Assembly: GCA_038496445.1 (NCBI GenBank)
Contig: JALMLS010000179.1
Coordinates: forward strand, 439,608 to 503,607
DNA length: 64,000 bases
DNA from: Trichosphaerium sp. ATCC 40318
Taxonomy: Eukaryota; Protista; Tubulinea
Reading direction: 5' to 3'
The position numbers and the translations under genes were made by a program. Shown piece by piece: positions 1-12,528 of the stretch. Positions within the stretch are counted from its first letter, which is position 1. Each line of letters starts with the position of its first letter. The notes under the pieces were generated by a model. The model searched no databases, was not told where the DNA came from, and saw nothing but the letters and a program-made list of their open reading frames with translations.

Positions 1-639
1 TCAAGAAAAGTCAAATCCAGAAAGCATTGAAGAAAAAACCCAATACAACAGTAGGAAAAAAGTTCAAAACATTATTGTGTGCAAAAGTAACGTACGATGT
101 GAATTCTCTTATCTTATGGAATGATCTTACATTTGACATTAGATCTCTTAGTTCCTCAACTTGTCTTTTATACTTCTTCTTCTTAAAAACCTTAAAAGCA
201 AAAAAAGGTTATTCAAAAGGGTACTGTTTCAAGCGTCTTAGAGAACTTTTTTTTAAGATTAAGATTAAATACAAGTGCACTTACTTCACTCCATGTCTTC
301 TTAAGTCTGTGTACAGCACTTATACTTAAGCCACCGAGTATTGCCGTTGCATCATTTGCATTTCCAAGTGATATCAGCTTTGTTGCAAGATTTATAAAAT
401 AAATAGCACGAGATGCTCTTATTTTAACTGTATCTCCACATAGTATAGAATCACTTACAAAATAAACAAGCTATCCATACAAAAATAAGTAAACCGATGG
501 TAGGCGCACTGCGAGAATTAAGGCAAGTCTTCTTTACTTTTTTTTGAATAAAAAAATCGCACTTGGTTAAACTGGTTGATTATTATACTTAGATTACCAG
601 TTGAAGGAGGTCTAGTGTAATAGAATAGCTTACTAGGAT

Positions 640-1972
640 TTATCTTACGCATACTATGAAACTGTGAATAATTAGAGGTGGTTATATGCGTACATTTCTT
701 GATTCTTTATAGTTAACTCTATGGCAACTTCAGCGAAAGGTACATCCCAAAGTTCAGACACTTCTGTTTTGAATTTTTTACGTTTCGCCATCTGTGTACA
801 TGGCTCGTATACAATACCACCACGATTGCAGAACATACCGAGTGACTCCTTTATCACAGAAGATTAGGGAAGATAAAATAGATTGTAAAGACGAACATGG
901 TGATCTTTGTTATTTTCTATATGCTTAAGTCTAGCTTTCAATGTATTGTTTATCTGTACTTGATGTTCATCAAGCATATGTTCTAGAAACTCTAGAAATT
1001 CTGCTGTCCATTCCCCATCTGCTGTCACAATAGCATAGATGATTGGTACGTTAGAAACGATATAACAGAGGAATTCAACAATACTAACAGTATAAGCAAT
1101 AAGATATTTTTCTTATAAAACTCGAGGCTAACTTACCGGTATGCAGATATATTATGAGGATCCAAAAAATACACTTTGGATAGTGCTGTCACGAATTCGG
1201 TTGGAAAGTCTTTTATCTTGAACAAAGATGCCGTCAGGAGAGGTAAAAAATCGCCTTAAGAGATTTATCAGTAAACGATTAAACAACCTTGAGCGTACTT
1301 GAAATATCATACTCTTCCATATTCAAGTGCATTGATTTTACGCACTCTATAGGAGAGAATTTTATTGGAGACGCTATCAAGTAGACTAAACCATCAACAC
1401 TCAACCCTTTTACACTTTCTATGATACTATAAAATTCGCCTTCATCGTCGAACTTAATATCTTTGTTTTCTCGAATACCATCGTAAAGTATCTACAAAAT
1501 TCTATTAATAACATACCCACGTGACAGTGACCAAGGTATCTTACCTTAGAAAATTCCTTATATTTGCCTAAAATCTCACGGGTAGGTTTTTGTAATATGC
1601 GGAGAAGAACAAGCCAAGTAGCATCGTAAGATTTTAGAAGTTGTGTAACTGAGATAGAAAACGAGGTCAGCAGTTTTTTGGAAATAAAATGGTTGAGAGT
1701 GAACCTTCTTCAAAGGAAAGACCGAACCACGTCAAAAGAGGTTTTTTCCAGGTCGTTGGAGCTGAAATTATAGCGTTCCACTCTTTACAAACCTAAATCG
1801 GTTATTAATGCCGTTATTCTGTATATCGCGTAACAAAAGTATTGGTAACGTACTGAGCAGCTTGAAACAAGTATATGAGGCAAAATTGATTTAAAGACCT
1901 TGACAAGTTAGAAAACCAATCTACTATGGTAGGGCGCACCTTTTGGAGTACTTCAGGAGGTAGAGTTTCCAT
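640..1972 (-). CDS. F-box domain protein, multi-exon (3' end approximate)
   Basis: Spliced N-terminus reads METLPPEVLQK/VFKSILPHILVSSCS/VCKEWNAIISAPTTWK, an F-box pattern (LP.E...I...VCK.W); several short GT-AG introns follow. Confidence 0.6.
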
Positions 1973-2142
1973 ATACCTTTTCTTTTGCCAATAAGCGTTG
2001 ACGTTAGTACACTTAGTACTTAACCTAGCGTTAAGCACTAACAAAACTGTCAGTGTTTGTTGCGCTGACTTGAGCTATTCTGGCTAAGTTGTGCACAGGA
2101 CACGTATTTCTTTGTTTTACTTGCCACAAAAATCCTGTTTAT

Positions 2143-3791
2143 TCACGCGACCGTACATTTTTTCTGATCTTGAAAGCTGGTACTGTTTTTTCTTTGTTTT
2201 TTCTTCTTTTTTCCACCGTTATTGGTATTATCAAAAGATAGTGATACAGCCCTAGTACCATGCCAACCACTTTGGGGATTAGAGAAAGCGATAGCAACGG
2301 CATCTGCTTTTTCATCGAAATGAACAAAGTTACCACCAGAACCAATATAACGTCTTTCAGATGGCTTTATAACTTTTGGATAAGCAGGGTCTTTGCCATT
2401 AAGAACATAAAAATTACCATAACAATCACAAGCAATACCTTTATATCCTTCAAAATGTAAGCCATATAGCTCCGGGACACGTGTCTCAGTCCATCCGACC
2501 ACAGGCGCAAAATCATTCTCTGAATCGTACACTACAAGTTTAGACGGTCGTGTACCATAAACCAACAGTTTAGTTTCTCCTGGCATCCAAAACAGCATTT
2601 TGAGAGGATACATATGCGCCGCTGGTTCATAAAAGTTCCAGGTCTTTATCATTTGTTTAGATTCAACATTCCAAACGTAACATTTATAGTATGAGCTACT
2701 GACAAACATCTTACCATCCTCTGTAGGACAGACACAATATATTTCATTATCATCTCTGTAACCATACATACCTACAAATGATCATCACGTGATATCCTGA
2801 AACATTATAAGGATCAATTAAGCTTACCTGGTTTGTGGCGATCTTCGGGGCTATAGTGATTAAACGTGGCGATGCATTTGGGCTCTTTTGTTTCCCATAG
2901 TGTTACTCCTTTTTTGGAATCTGCACAAGATATAAAAAGTAAACTACCCTTGTTTTAATGTGAGCAGAGTTCTTTACAAACAGTGTAACTTACTTTTTGA
3001 GCCAAAGCCATATGAGATATAGGGTAGTGTTGCCACGTACAACTTGCCTCCGGTGAGGTGTACTCAAATTTGTACTCCTGAAATACTTCCGCTGGAAACG
3101 AACTTTTCTTATTCGTGATATCATACGCACATACGCCTCTTTGGAAACCCAAGTAGAGAATGTCACCATAACTCGTCATACTAAAGAACGTCAAAGACAT
3201 ATTATTATGATAGTTTTTTACCATCCTAAAGAGCCACGATTAAAAGAAAGCAAGGTGACATCCTTTGGTTCAGAAAGGTCATTAAAACGTGATATTTTTC
3301 CCGATATTGCCCCGAAGAAGTATATCGGTTTTCCTGAACCGTCACGCATTAAACGAGCACTAGCGATGTCAATAAAGAGCTTTTCGATCGCACAATGCAG
3401 ACAAATATGTTACCATCGGTTTTCCGGTCCAGTTGCTACATCACTCACCATGAGGTTATTATTGGGCCCTTTTATGTGTAAGTAGTGTTGCATGTCAAAC
3501 GTGATGTTCACATTTTTTGCATTAGGCGAACTAAAAAACGCGTCTGTACCTGTAAATTTGTCCACAAATTGTTGTAGGCATTTATCGTGAATGTTTTGTA
3601 TGTAGAATTGCTTCAGCGAGGTTTCTATTGATGAACGCGATCTAACCCTACAAAAATGCGCCCATACCACGTCTTTGGCATAAAAAATACTCCAAGGCTT
3701 ACAAATTACGCAACAAGTCAGTACATCATCTGCAGATAGTGTCTTGGTGATGAGAACAATAATTTCGGTTGGTAACACTTCCAACGTCCAT
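2143..3791 (-). CDS. F-box protein with WD40/beta-propeller-like C-terminus
   Basis: LEVLPTEIIVLITKTLSADDVLTCCVICKPW is an F-box; later exons contain WD-like segments (IYCVCPTEDGKMFVSSSYYKCYVWN). The ATG at 3791 is one base out of frame (probable indel error). Confidence 0.65.
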
Positions 3792-4014
3792 TTGTGTCAC
3801 ATACAACGGTTTGTAAGGTAGCTACTTAATGATCTACAATTAAGTCAACTACTGAAGCACGAGGTTGTATTTATTTAAACGCCCTCCCTTTCGCCCTCAA
3901 CAATTGAATTACTACTGCGTGTTCCAACTTGCTTTGCAGAACATGACAACATAGTTTAACTTGTTATGTTATTTATTTACAATGATTTACATATTGTACA
4001 CGGCCCGAACTGCA

Positions 4015-4866
4015 TTACATGATACGATAGATTTGTCTTCTCTGCTGTGATAATCTATTGTCGGCTTTTGAAACCGTTTCATCGAGCCTCTTTAATCTTG
4101 TTGTCTGAGATGTTATAGTGTCATTCATATCTTTAGCCATATCAGTCATTGAATCTAACATTTTATCAAGTTGGTCCAAATCATCATTCTGTTCCTTTAT
4201 ATACAATTCTTGGCTTGTCAATTCGCGATTCATCACCTAAAAACAAGTCAATAAGTACAATAGAAGCATTAACCACTCAAAAAAAAATTTGTAAATGAAA
4301 TCCGTACGTGTTGATTTGAACCAATATCAAACCAATCACGTGATGAATCATTATCGTCAAAGGGACTTGTATCTCTATTAGAGTTTGCTGTCTCTCGATT
4401 TCTTTGACGACTTTCGTTTTTACGCTCAAACTTTGCTTCCCACTTCTCTTCCGCTATTTTGTGTTGGCTGGAATTATCACGCTTGAATCTATTGGCAAAT
4501 GAGCTCCAAATTGATCCAATTCCATTCAAAAGCCTCTTTGATGTATTTAATTGATCATTAATACCAGCTACACGATGTTGCATGCGTTGAATACGTTCTA
4601 CAATTGAGTTAGATTTTAAAAAGGTTGTGTTAGCGTTACCTCCTTGAGATTCGAGCTCTCTCAAAGTTTCTTCACCTACATCCAACGATTCTTGGGCGTA
4701 TTGCTACAAAAAATGTTACAAGCAAATTACCGCATGTAGCGTTACGTACGAGCGCAATTTTAGTGTTTGATGCTCGTTTAGGAGTTTTAACAGTTTCTTG
4801 CTGTTGTTCTCCAAACAGCTCTAACCTTTCTTCTTCATCAGTATCATACATTGTAGTTGTTTTCAT
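4015..4866 (-). CDS. SNAP-25/SNAP-29/Sec9-like Qbc SNARE
   Basis: Two SNARE helices: VGEETLRELESQG..ERIQRM and EQNDDLDQLDKMLDSMTDMAKDMNDTITSQTTRLKRLD; no TM segment; three short introns. Confidence 0.8.
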
Positions 4867-5024
4867 ATGGAATTTGTACTTCTATAATTTATTTTTGTTT
4901 TATTTGAAAACTGAAATTTTGAGACTTACGTTCACTAAACCACATTAAGCACAGACCGAAATTCCGCTACTCAAAACGATACAGTAACCAGCAAAAAGAA
5001 TTCAACAACTAACACAATGATTGT

Positions 5025-7709
5025 CTATTCAGTTTTATTTGCATTATCTGTCTCTTCTGGTGGTTGTTTTGGTAGAAACCTTAGCTTCGTTTTCCAATTA
5101 TGAGAGTGGTAGAACAGCTGCCAACTTTCAGTATCAAACAAGCTTCTTATTTTTTCAATTTTTGAGTTGTTTGTCATCCTATTTACTATCCATTGCATTG
5201 ACTGGCGTTCAGGATGTTGTGGGATATCACATTTGTACCAATTAAATAATTTGGGGATGGTAATCTGAAAAAACACGATGTGAGTAAGGACCATCTACGC
5301 GATTACAACATAATATTTAAAACGCATTTAAAATACATACCTTTGGTGTAGTTCTAGACATCTTGACTTGAACAAAGTTATTAAGGAATTTAGACGTTGC
5401 ATTATTCATTTGCTCATCTAAAGTCTTCGCTTTAAAAAATGATAGCTTAGGACTTGATGAACCAAACGCTGTTAGGCAAAAGTGTATCCTCGGGTCTAGT
5501 GCTAAAGAATCTACGACTCTAGGATCATCTCTAGTAAAATGAGACTCCCTGTACACTCCTTCTATAGGGTGCGGGACGTTTCCTCGTAGAATACCGTGCT
5601 TAATATCATCAAGCGTAAATAGTTTTCCTCCAATCTGGTATTTTAGAGATTGGAAGTACCCACGACGTATAAATTCGTTATCAGGAGATCCTAGGATAAC
5701 ATAGGACTGAAGCATCAATAGATTATACGTATTAATGAAAAATGCTTTCTTTGTCTGTTTCTCCATTGTCTTTAGATTAACCTTCAACAGATAAGCATAT
5801 AAATAATACTACAAAACAATCATACGTTATGAAGCATCCCTGTGGAGACCTCAAATCGAGCATACTCTGCAGCACCAGCAATTTTTATGCGCTCACCGTT
5901 GTGTGATTGTACAAGCTGTACAAGGCGTTGAAGTAATTGTGCAGCTAAATTATCTGGTCCAATATGAAATATCATTAAATTCTTAGGTGTTGTGAACCTG
6001 TTCAGTATCACTAAAGACTGAGCTTTCGCGAAATTTGTATTGAGAGGTTTTGGAGGTGGTGAAAGTGGTACTGGTAGAGTAGGCTTTGCAGGTGGACCCA
6101 AATTAACGTTAGGGTTCATACTCTGAGCTTGAGAGACAAAGTCATTTTTATCTAGATACCCATTAAGTAAAGTCATCTGACCCCAGTGGTTTAAGGTATG
6201 CTGCATGTAAGTTAGTAAAGAGACTGTGGGAAAATTATGGTAACAACGCGTACAGCCATATTTGCATTATTATCGTGTGCTTGTTTAAGCATATCGCTTG
6301 TTCTATTACCGATATATATTTGTAATTTCGCTAAAATGACAATAATGTCACGCCGTGACACTGCCTTCATATCTGGGACCACTACATTCGCAATATCGCG
6401 TGGTTCCACCTTAATTAAATTGAGTAAAATGTCACTACGCGAAAAGAAGTTCTACGCACAGAAATTTTGGCATAAAAAGTCTTCATGGCACCAGCATTGT
6501 CTTCCAAAAACTCGTGCATATCCTCTAGGAACCCTTCTTTATTCTTAAAAGTGGCACCACTCGCGAGGTTTTGAATTAACTTGGCAATCAATATAAATTT
6601 TCTTCTTGTTTGCTTAGATATTGACGTTTCTGAAACCAATTGCTCCGCAGTTACAGAAATCATTGGACAAAACAATCTAAGGAATATAAATCCTGCCACT
6701 GCTTTTTCCCAGTGATCAGGCTGTGGAAATGCGCGTGAAACTTCTTCACGCAGAATACAGCATACAATACGGATGGGTAGAGGACAAATATCTACCTATT
6801 GAAACTATCTGTCAAAAAAATTGCCAAAGAAAGGTAAAACACTTACCGATCCAATAATCGCGTCAAGTACTTGCTGCGCTCTCGCGCGCAATGCTGGCAT
6901 ATTTTTTTGAGCTTCGACTTGTCCCACATACGTAGGATCAACCTTGTAACAGAAATTAAAAAATATGTCATTTGACGCTGTAAGCGTCTTGGTAGCGACA
7001 AAAGTTTACCTCCAGGTTCTCCTTTGATGATACAATATCCTTCGCAACTTTTGACAATACATCAAGCACCCACTGTGAACCAGCAGCGGTTTTTTTTATA
7101 TGTGTAATAATTATCTTACTGGGTATGCTGTTGCGTCGAAAAATGACACTAGCGTGTTTCTTTGCATTTCGCAACTCTAGTTGAATAGCTGAACGCATAA
7201 GAGAGCATACACGACCGTAATTGTGATACAGTTGTACTACACAATTAGCCAACGTCTCCATCTCGGCTACGAGACAAGTGAGCAACGCATAGATGCAATT
7301 TTTTTTGTAAAAACGTCAAACGTGAAACACTGACCGTACCTCTGTCAGTAATACTCAAAAGTGCTAGCAATGCTGTATTACTATAAAGTAGAACCTAGAA
7401 AATCAATTATGGTAAGTAAACAACGGGATAGAAAAAAAGAGTTTGCGTATTTACCTTAAAAAGTTGTGGGTAGCGCGTAGTTAACTGTGTTGCGTTCTTT
7501 TTTATTGGTGGACGTAAGTCCGGTAGGTCCTGCATTGTATCATAAGGATCTTCTGCGCTCTGTCTCCCAACCGACCAATCTGAGCCTATTAGAGCGTAAA
7601 CGACAAGAAACAAAGGAAATGACACTAGTAATTGTAGCATATAGAGTGCGTTTCCGCGTATAGTACCCAAACTGACCATCTCCATGACGGCCTTATCCGC
7701 AGCAGCCAT
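5025..7709 (-). CDS. RasGAP domain protein with C-terminal DUF547 domain
   Basis: RasGAP motifs FRRNS (arginine finger), GFIFLRLFCP and LIAKLIQNLA; DUF547 motifs KAFFINTYN, TLDDIKHGILRGN and DPRIHFCL; same strand, linked by short introns. Confidence 0.75.
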
Positions 7710-7970
7710 TTTCTGTATTGTTTGAAAATTTCTTCTTTATTGGTTTATAATACTCTGTATGTGCATTGGCTTGTAGCCACTACAATCGCGTTCGTATTGT
7801 GACGCTAGTTACGTCGCCTTGGCCTATTTTAGTCAAGTTAAGTCTGTAAATTATAGGTCCTAGCACTACATTCTACTTTTTCAACACCACAAAGCTCTAA
7901 ATCGGCTGTTGGCAACTTTTTGTAAATTCAATACTCAAGTTTAAAACGTCACAAACAAAGTTGAAGCAAA

Positions 7971-9958
7971 ATGGAGGGTCTGTCTTCGCGTTTTAAAAAG
8001 ATAGTTATGAAGGGGTACGCGAATCTGTAGAAAAAGAAACATTTTTTTTGTCGGTTGTCGATCTGTTCTACAACCTTCTCTAACGCCCTGCAGAGCGGAT
8101 GCTGTATTAAATAAAAACCCTGTGGAGGTCCTAGTGAGGGAGGCCACTGGAAATGAGCATTGGGGCCCAACAGGAACACAAATGCAGAAGATCTCTCAAG
8201 CGTCCTACAATTATGAAGATTATGGTTTCATTATGCAAACACTATGGAGGAGATTAGAATTGAGGGGTAAAAGCTGGAAAAATGTCTACAAGGTATTTAA
8301 AAAAAAATGGTTTTACATCAAAGAATCTTCGCTACGAGATTTACGCATTTGCACAAAAGGAAAAGTGCACTCCAAATGAATTTTTTTTGTTTTGGATTTA
8401 ACCAAACAATTAGGCGTTGTTAGTCATCGATTATTTGATCAAAAACGGCTCTGACCGCGTCATTGATGAATTTAAATCACGCTTGCGTGTCTTTCAAGGC
8501 TTGTCTCATTTTCAATACGTGGACGAACACTCTAAAGATCACGGCTTGTCAGGTATTCAAAAACCGCGTGAAAAGGTTTTAATTCTGACACTTACGGCAT
8601 CATTTAGTTCGCGAACGATCAAAAATATTAATAGACCTACTACAAGACGACAGAGCCATTAGAGAAGCGAGAAAAATCGCCAGTAAAAATAGAGAAAAAT
8701 ACGGGCAAGGTATTGGCTCACATCACAGCAGAGCTGGCGGCAGTTTTGGGTAAGCTATCTCACAATTTTTTTTAAAAACTATTTCTGGACGTTTTTTTCC
8801 CTCGCTAAAGGCGTTCGCGTTTTTTGGAGGTGGACAAATTCAATTCCACTTTTCAGCCTGTTTTCAAATAATTTTTTTTTCGGAGTTTTTTGGCGCTTAG
8901 GTTTCGATTTTAACAATTCTTAGTGGTAGTGGCGCTTACGGCAATGGAAGAAATGGTGGCAGTGGCGGTGGCAATTATGGAAGAAATGGTGGCGGTGGCG
9001 GCTACGGTCGTCGTAGAAAGTCAGCTTATGATGACTCTGACACTGGTATGTTACCTTTAAAACAAATTTTGTGTTTTTTGTTATTTTTTTCCGTCACGTT
9101 GGTAGTGCTTCGGTGCTCAATTTTTTTACGCTCTTTGCGTAGCAGTTTATATTTACTCGCTCTTAATTATTTCATTACCCTGACTGTACTCTAGAAAGCG
9201 AATCCGAGGAGAGTGATGACGAAGAACAAGAAGAACCTCTACGCGAAGAAAAACCTGCACCTGCGGCCGCGCCTGCAGTTACAACTGTCGCTGCGCCAGT
9301 GAATCCAGTTACCCATCAGGGTTGGAACGCGTTCCAAGATTCCTCGACAACAATGGCTGATCCATTCGGTATAATACCAACTCCAGCTACTACCACACCA
9401 ACTCCCACAAATACACACCCAGCAGGCGGTTTCGGTAACTTTGGACCTGCACCAGTTGCAGGTACTCCTCCTGCCTCTGGTTTTGGAGCATTTAATGCAC
9501 CTCCTCAAGTTAGCAATACCCCTACTACTCCAGCTTATGTGGATTTTATGACACCTACACATACGCCTACTCAACAAAATGGCAATGTTGGCTTGAATTC
9601 ACAATTTGGTGCCTTTGGCGCCGCTCCTCCAGCTGCTCACAACGGTGCTCAAATGAACCACCCTGCTGTTCATGGTCAGCAACCACTGCAAGCGTCTAAC
9701 ATTATGCAACCAACTCAACCACCACAAACTGGTAACCTCCTCACGCCTGTGGCAGCTCCAACAACTCAAGGCACTGGTGGTGGCGACTTATTGCAACCTA
9801 TTGTCCCTGATGCACCTAAAAAACCTGCTGATGATCCTTGGTCTTCCTTGGTTGATCTTAATAATATCACTGATAGCAACAAGCCAGGAACAAAGAAAAT
9901 TAATTTTAAAACAGAGAAGAGTACCAGAACCATTGCACCTGTTGTGGTACGTTATTGA
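7971..9958 (+). CDS. Epsin/ENTH-domain clathrin adaptor (3' end may include a further exon)
   Basis: EVLVREATGNEHWGPTGTQMQKI..WKNVYK/ALLVIDYLIKNGSDRV ENTH signature; low-complexity tail with DPF/DPW motifs and an LVDL clathrin-box-like motif. Confidence 0.9.
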
Positions 9959-10364
9959 ACTTTTGTTTTTTTTGGTTTTTTGAGCTTGATTCTTTTATTT
10001 CCCTCTGTGCAACCAAATGTTGGTTTCTTTCATTTCTACGCCATCACATGTCGTATGTGGTTGTTTTTGATGGATTATCGTGGTTTGAGGCGTTTAATTC
10101 TTTGTGTTCGGTATTTTTTTTGACTTTTTTTTAAGCACTCGTATGGCCAATATCCCGTGTATCATCAATAAATTGCCTTTTTAAAAGGCTTTAAACGCGT
10201 GTAGTGAAAAAAAAACAACCACTACATGTTTCGAAAGTGAAAAGGAAAGAATGTTGGGGATTTTTGTTGGCTCTTTGGTTATGAAAAAAAAACGGCTTAT
10301 GTACACCATCATGTAAAAAAAATCTACAAAGTAAATTATGTTACGTCAAACAGCCTCTGTTTTT

Positions 10365-11628
10365 TTTGTAGTTGAGCAGATAGCCAACAAAACCGAAAGT
10401 TGGTAAGGAGTTACATTGTTTTTTACTGTTGTTACAATATGAAAGTTGTTATTGGCTATTTTTACATTTAGTTTGGTTGGGTTTTACAAGGTGGTAAGTA
10501 GTTAGAGGTTTACAACTTCATCGCCAGAGGTATGTGAGCTGGTGAGCAGAGTTTTAAAGGCGAACAGTCGAGTTCCAAGTCACCAAAGTCGAGTCTGAAC
10601 TGAGAGTTTATTTCTTCTTCGCGTTTTGTCTCGTCGATTGTCGGTATGATCTCTACTCGCTCTGAGAATGTAACTCGGCCATGTATTATCGAGGGTTCGA
10701 CCACAGATGTTGTTTTGCGTGAGAGGAGGTTGAATGCGCGGCGTGTAAAGGATTTGAGAGACTTGGTAAATGTAGACATCTGATTGCAAGCAAGATTCGT
10801 GGTTAGTTCGGTTCAAGAAGTAAGATTATGATGTTTTAAGACACTTTGGAGTCTTTAGTTTTGCAAACTGCACAAACTACATTTCTTACGCACTCTAAAA
10901 AACATGTTGTATCGCTTGCATTTATCGGTGAGTGTGCGTCAAGAGTGCAAACAAGTCATTTTGTGTTTGTTCTCGGATTCTCAATTTCTCAATAATTTCA
11001 GGGTATTTCCGTTATTCTCACAATAATTCTCCGTATCATACCGAGAGTCTGTTTATGGTACAACGTTATTAAAAAATGATTCTCTTCTTGTGGAGGTTCT
11101 TGGGTTTCGTTTCAGAGTAAATTTCAAGGAGATATCAGCTAAAAAAAGCAATTAAAAGTACATCATTTACTTATTTTGTTAATCCGTACTTTTCATTTTT
11201 ACGTGACTGTAAAACGGGACTACAGGATGGTAGCGTCGCCAAAAGCATTTTCATCCATAAAAGTGTATTGTTGGAACAGACAAAATGTGTACATTTGTAT
11301 TTTTTCGGGCACTTTTTATTAAACTGCTACAATCCGATTTCTCCATCTAGACTAATGGTCAGTAAACGATACAGGTCTACTCATAAATCAACATGATTTG
11401 TTCAATGCGATTTATACTATTAATGGATGGTTTCGGTGTAAAGTTAGACTTCAGTGTTTCGTTAAGTCAAAATACTAAAAACAACACAAACGAAACAACT
11501 CTTCCAAATGCTTTCTTTCATCAGAACATCTATCATCAGCGTATTCAAAAGACGTACACGCAATACAAAGGGTAAATCAAAAACTCTTGAGAAGCTTGCT
11601 CGTAAACCTCTCAACCTTGGCGCCATTG
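10365..11628. repeat. ~1.27-kb duplicated cassette, copy A (inverted relative to 32938-34195)
   Basis: The reverse complement matches 32938-34195; near-identical over the 89-aa ORF and adjacent upstream DNA, more diverged toward both ends. Confidence 0.95.
10510..10779 (-). CDS. 89-aa intronless protein with RVxF-type motif (RVTFSERVEII), copy A
   Basis: ATG-to-stop ORF preserved in both repeat copies with one amino-acid difference; basic/hydroxylated amphipathic N-terminus. Confidence 0.6.
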   Translation of the reverse strand: MSTFTKSLKSFTRRAFNLLSRKTTSVVEPSIIHGRVTFSERVEIIPTIDETKREEEINSQFRLDFGDLELDCSPLKLCSPAHIPLAMKL

Positions 11629-12113
11629 CGATAGTGCTGAAGGAGACGGTGATACAGGTGACGAACATTCACTCGGCTGGCTACGCACACTTGGGAGTCT
11701 CTTCAAACGCCATCACAATCATGCCAAAGGGTCAGATACAGCTCGGTGGTACAAACAGAGCAACAAAGATGACCAATGGTGATACCTACAAATTCCCAGA
11801 CCAAGGCGATTCCATGACCACAGATGTCTCCCACATTGGTTACTTGGCTGTCAGACTGTACCTCGGCGACTATGGCGATGAATGGGTAAACATGGCAAAC
11901 GAAACAGGATTCTCATACCTCACAGCTCATTATACAAACTCTGGACGTCAGATTAATAGATTGATAGATGCCAAAGCTCCACAGACTCTCATTCATTTCG
12001 TCAAGAAGTGTTTTGAACAAAACACAACGGCATCAGATCTACTGGATACACAATTGATTCACTTTGCGTCAAGTGCAGGCATCACGAGTTTATCTCGTGC
12101 TTACAAGAAATAA
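11508..12113 (+). CDS. Intronless pseudokinase consisting of a kinase C-lobe only
   Basis: Segments align by eye to kinase subdomains VI-XI: IAIVLKET..NIHSAGYAHLGVSSNAITIMPKGQIQLGG (HRD and DFG lost), TDVSHIGYLAVRLYLG (helix F), HFVKKCFE..TASDLLDTQLI. No Gly-loop or VAIK lobe. Confidence 0.6.
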   Translation: MLSFIRTSIISVFKRRTRNTKGKSKTLEKLARKPLNLGAIAIVLKETVIQVTNIHSAGYAHLGVSSNAITIMPKGQIQLGGTNRATKMTNGDTYKFPDQGDSMTTDVSHIGYLAVRLYLGDYGDEWVNMANETGFSYLTAHYTNSGRQINRLIDAKAPQTLIHFVKKCFEQNTTASDLLDTQLIHFASSAGITSLSRAYKK

Positions 12114-12528
12114 CTTCTCTTCCAACCAAAAACAAAAACTTGTATTCTAAAAAACAACTTCGTCAAAATAAATGTATTTTAGCAACACTTTCACGTTATT
12201 TTTACCGTGTACGAGCGCTCAGTGATATTTGAAACAGCTAAAATGAATGTATTATCTCAATAGAATCAAATTCATACATAAAGTAGTTTATTTACAAAGG
12301 CTCCAATTATGATTGGACTTGTGCATAGAAAAAAGCTACCTCAAACAAATCGATTGTTACAAGGTGCCAAAAGCCAATCCCATCCCTTTTTCTCACTAGT
12401 ATACAATAATATGACAGCCCGCATTCCCCTAGTTTTTAATACCAGTATAGAACGCAGGGAAAAACCTAAATCTACCAAGGTGATCTAGATAAAGAGAGTC
12501 CTCCCTCATCGAAAAAAAAACAGAGGCT

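Noticed and set aside
27-329. 100-aa ORF and the many short ORFs antisense to real genes (e.g. 53401-54033, 50498-51001, 57702-58079)
   Set aside because: No recognisable motifs; mostly non-ATG starts or shadows of genes on the opposite strand.
3797-3802. In-frame TGA after an ATG upstream of the F-box, suggesting stop-codon reassignment
   Set aside because: TAA, TAG and TGA all terminate conserved genes in this window and long exons have no internal stops; a 1-nt indel explains it.
8925-9010. GGCAATGGAAGAAATGGTGGC-type tandem repeat
   Set aside because: Encodes the Gly-rich linker of epsin; ordinary low-complexity coding sequence.
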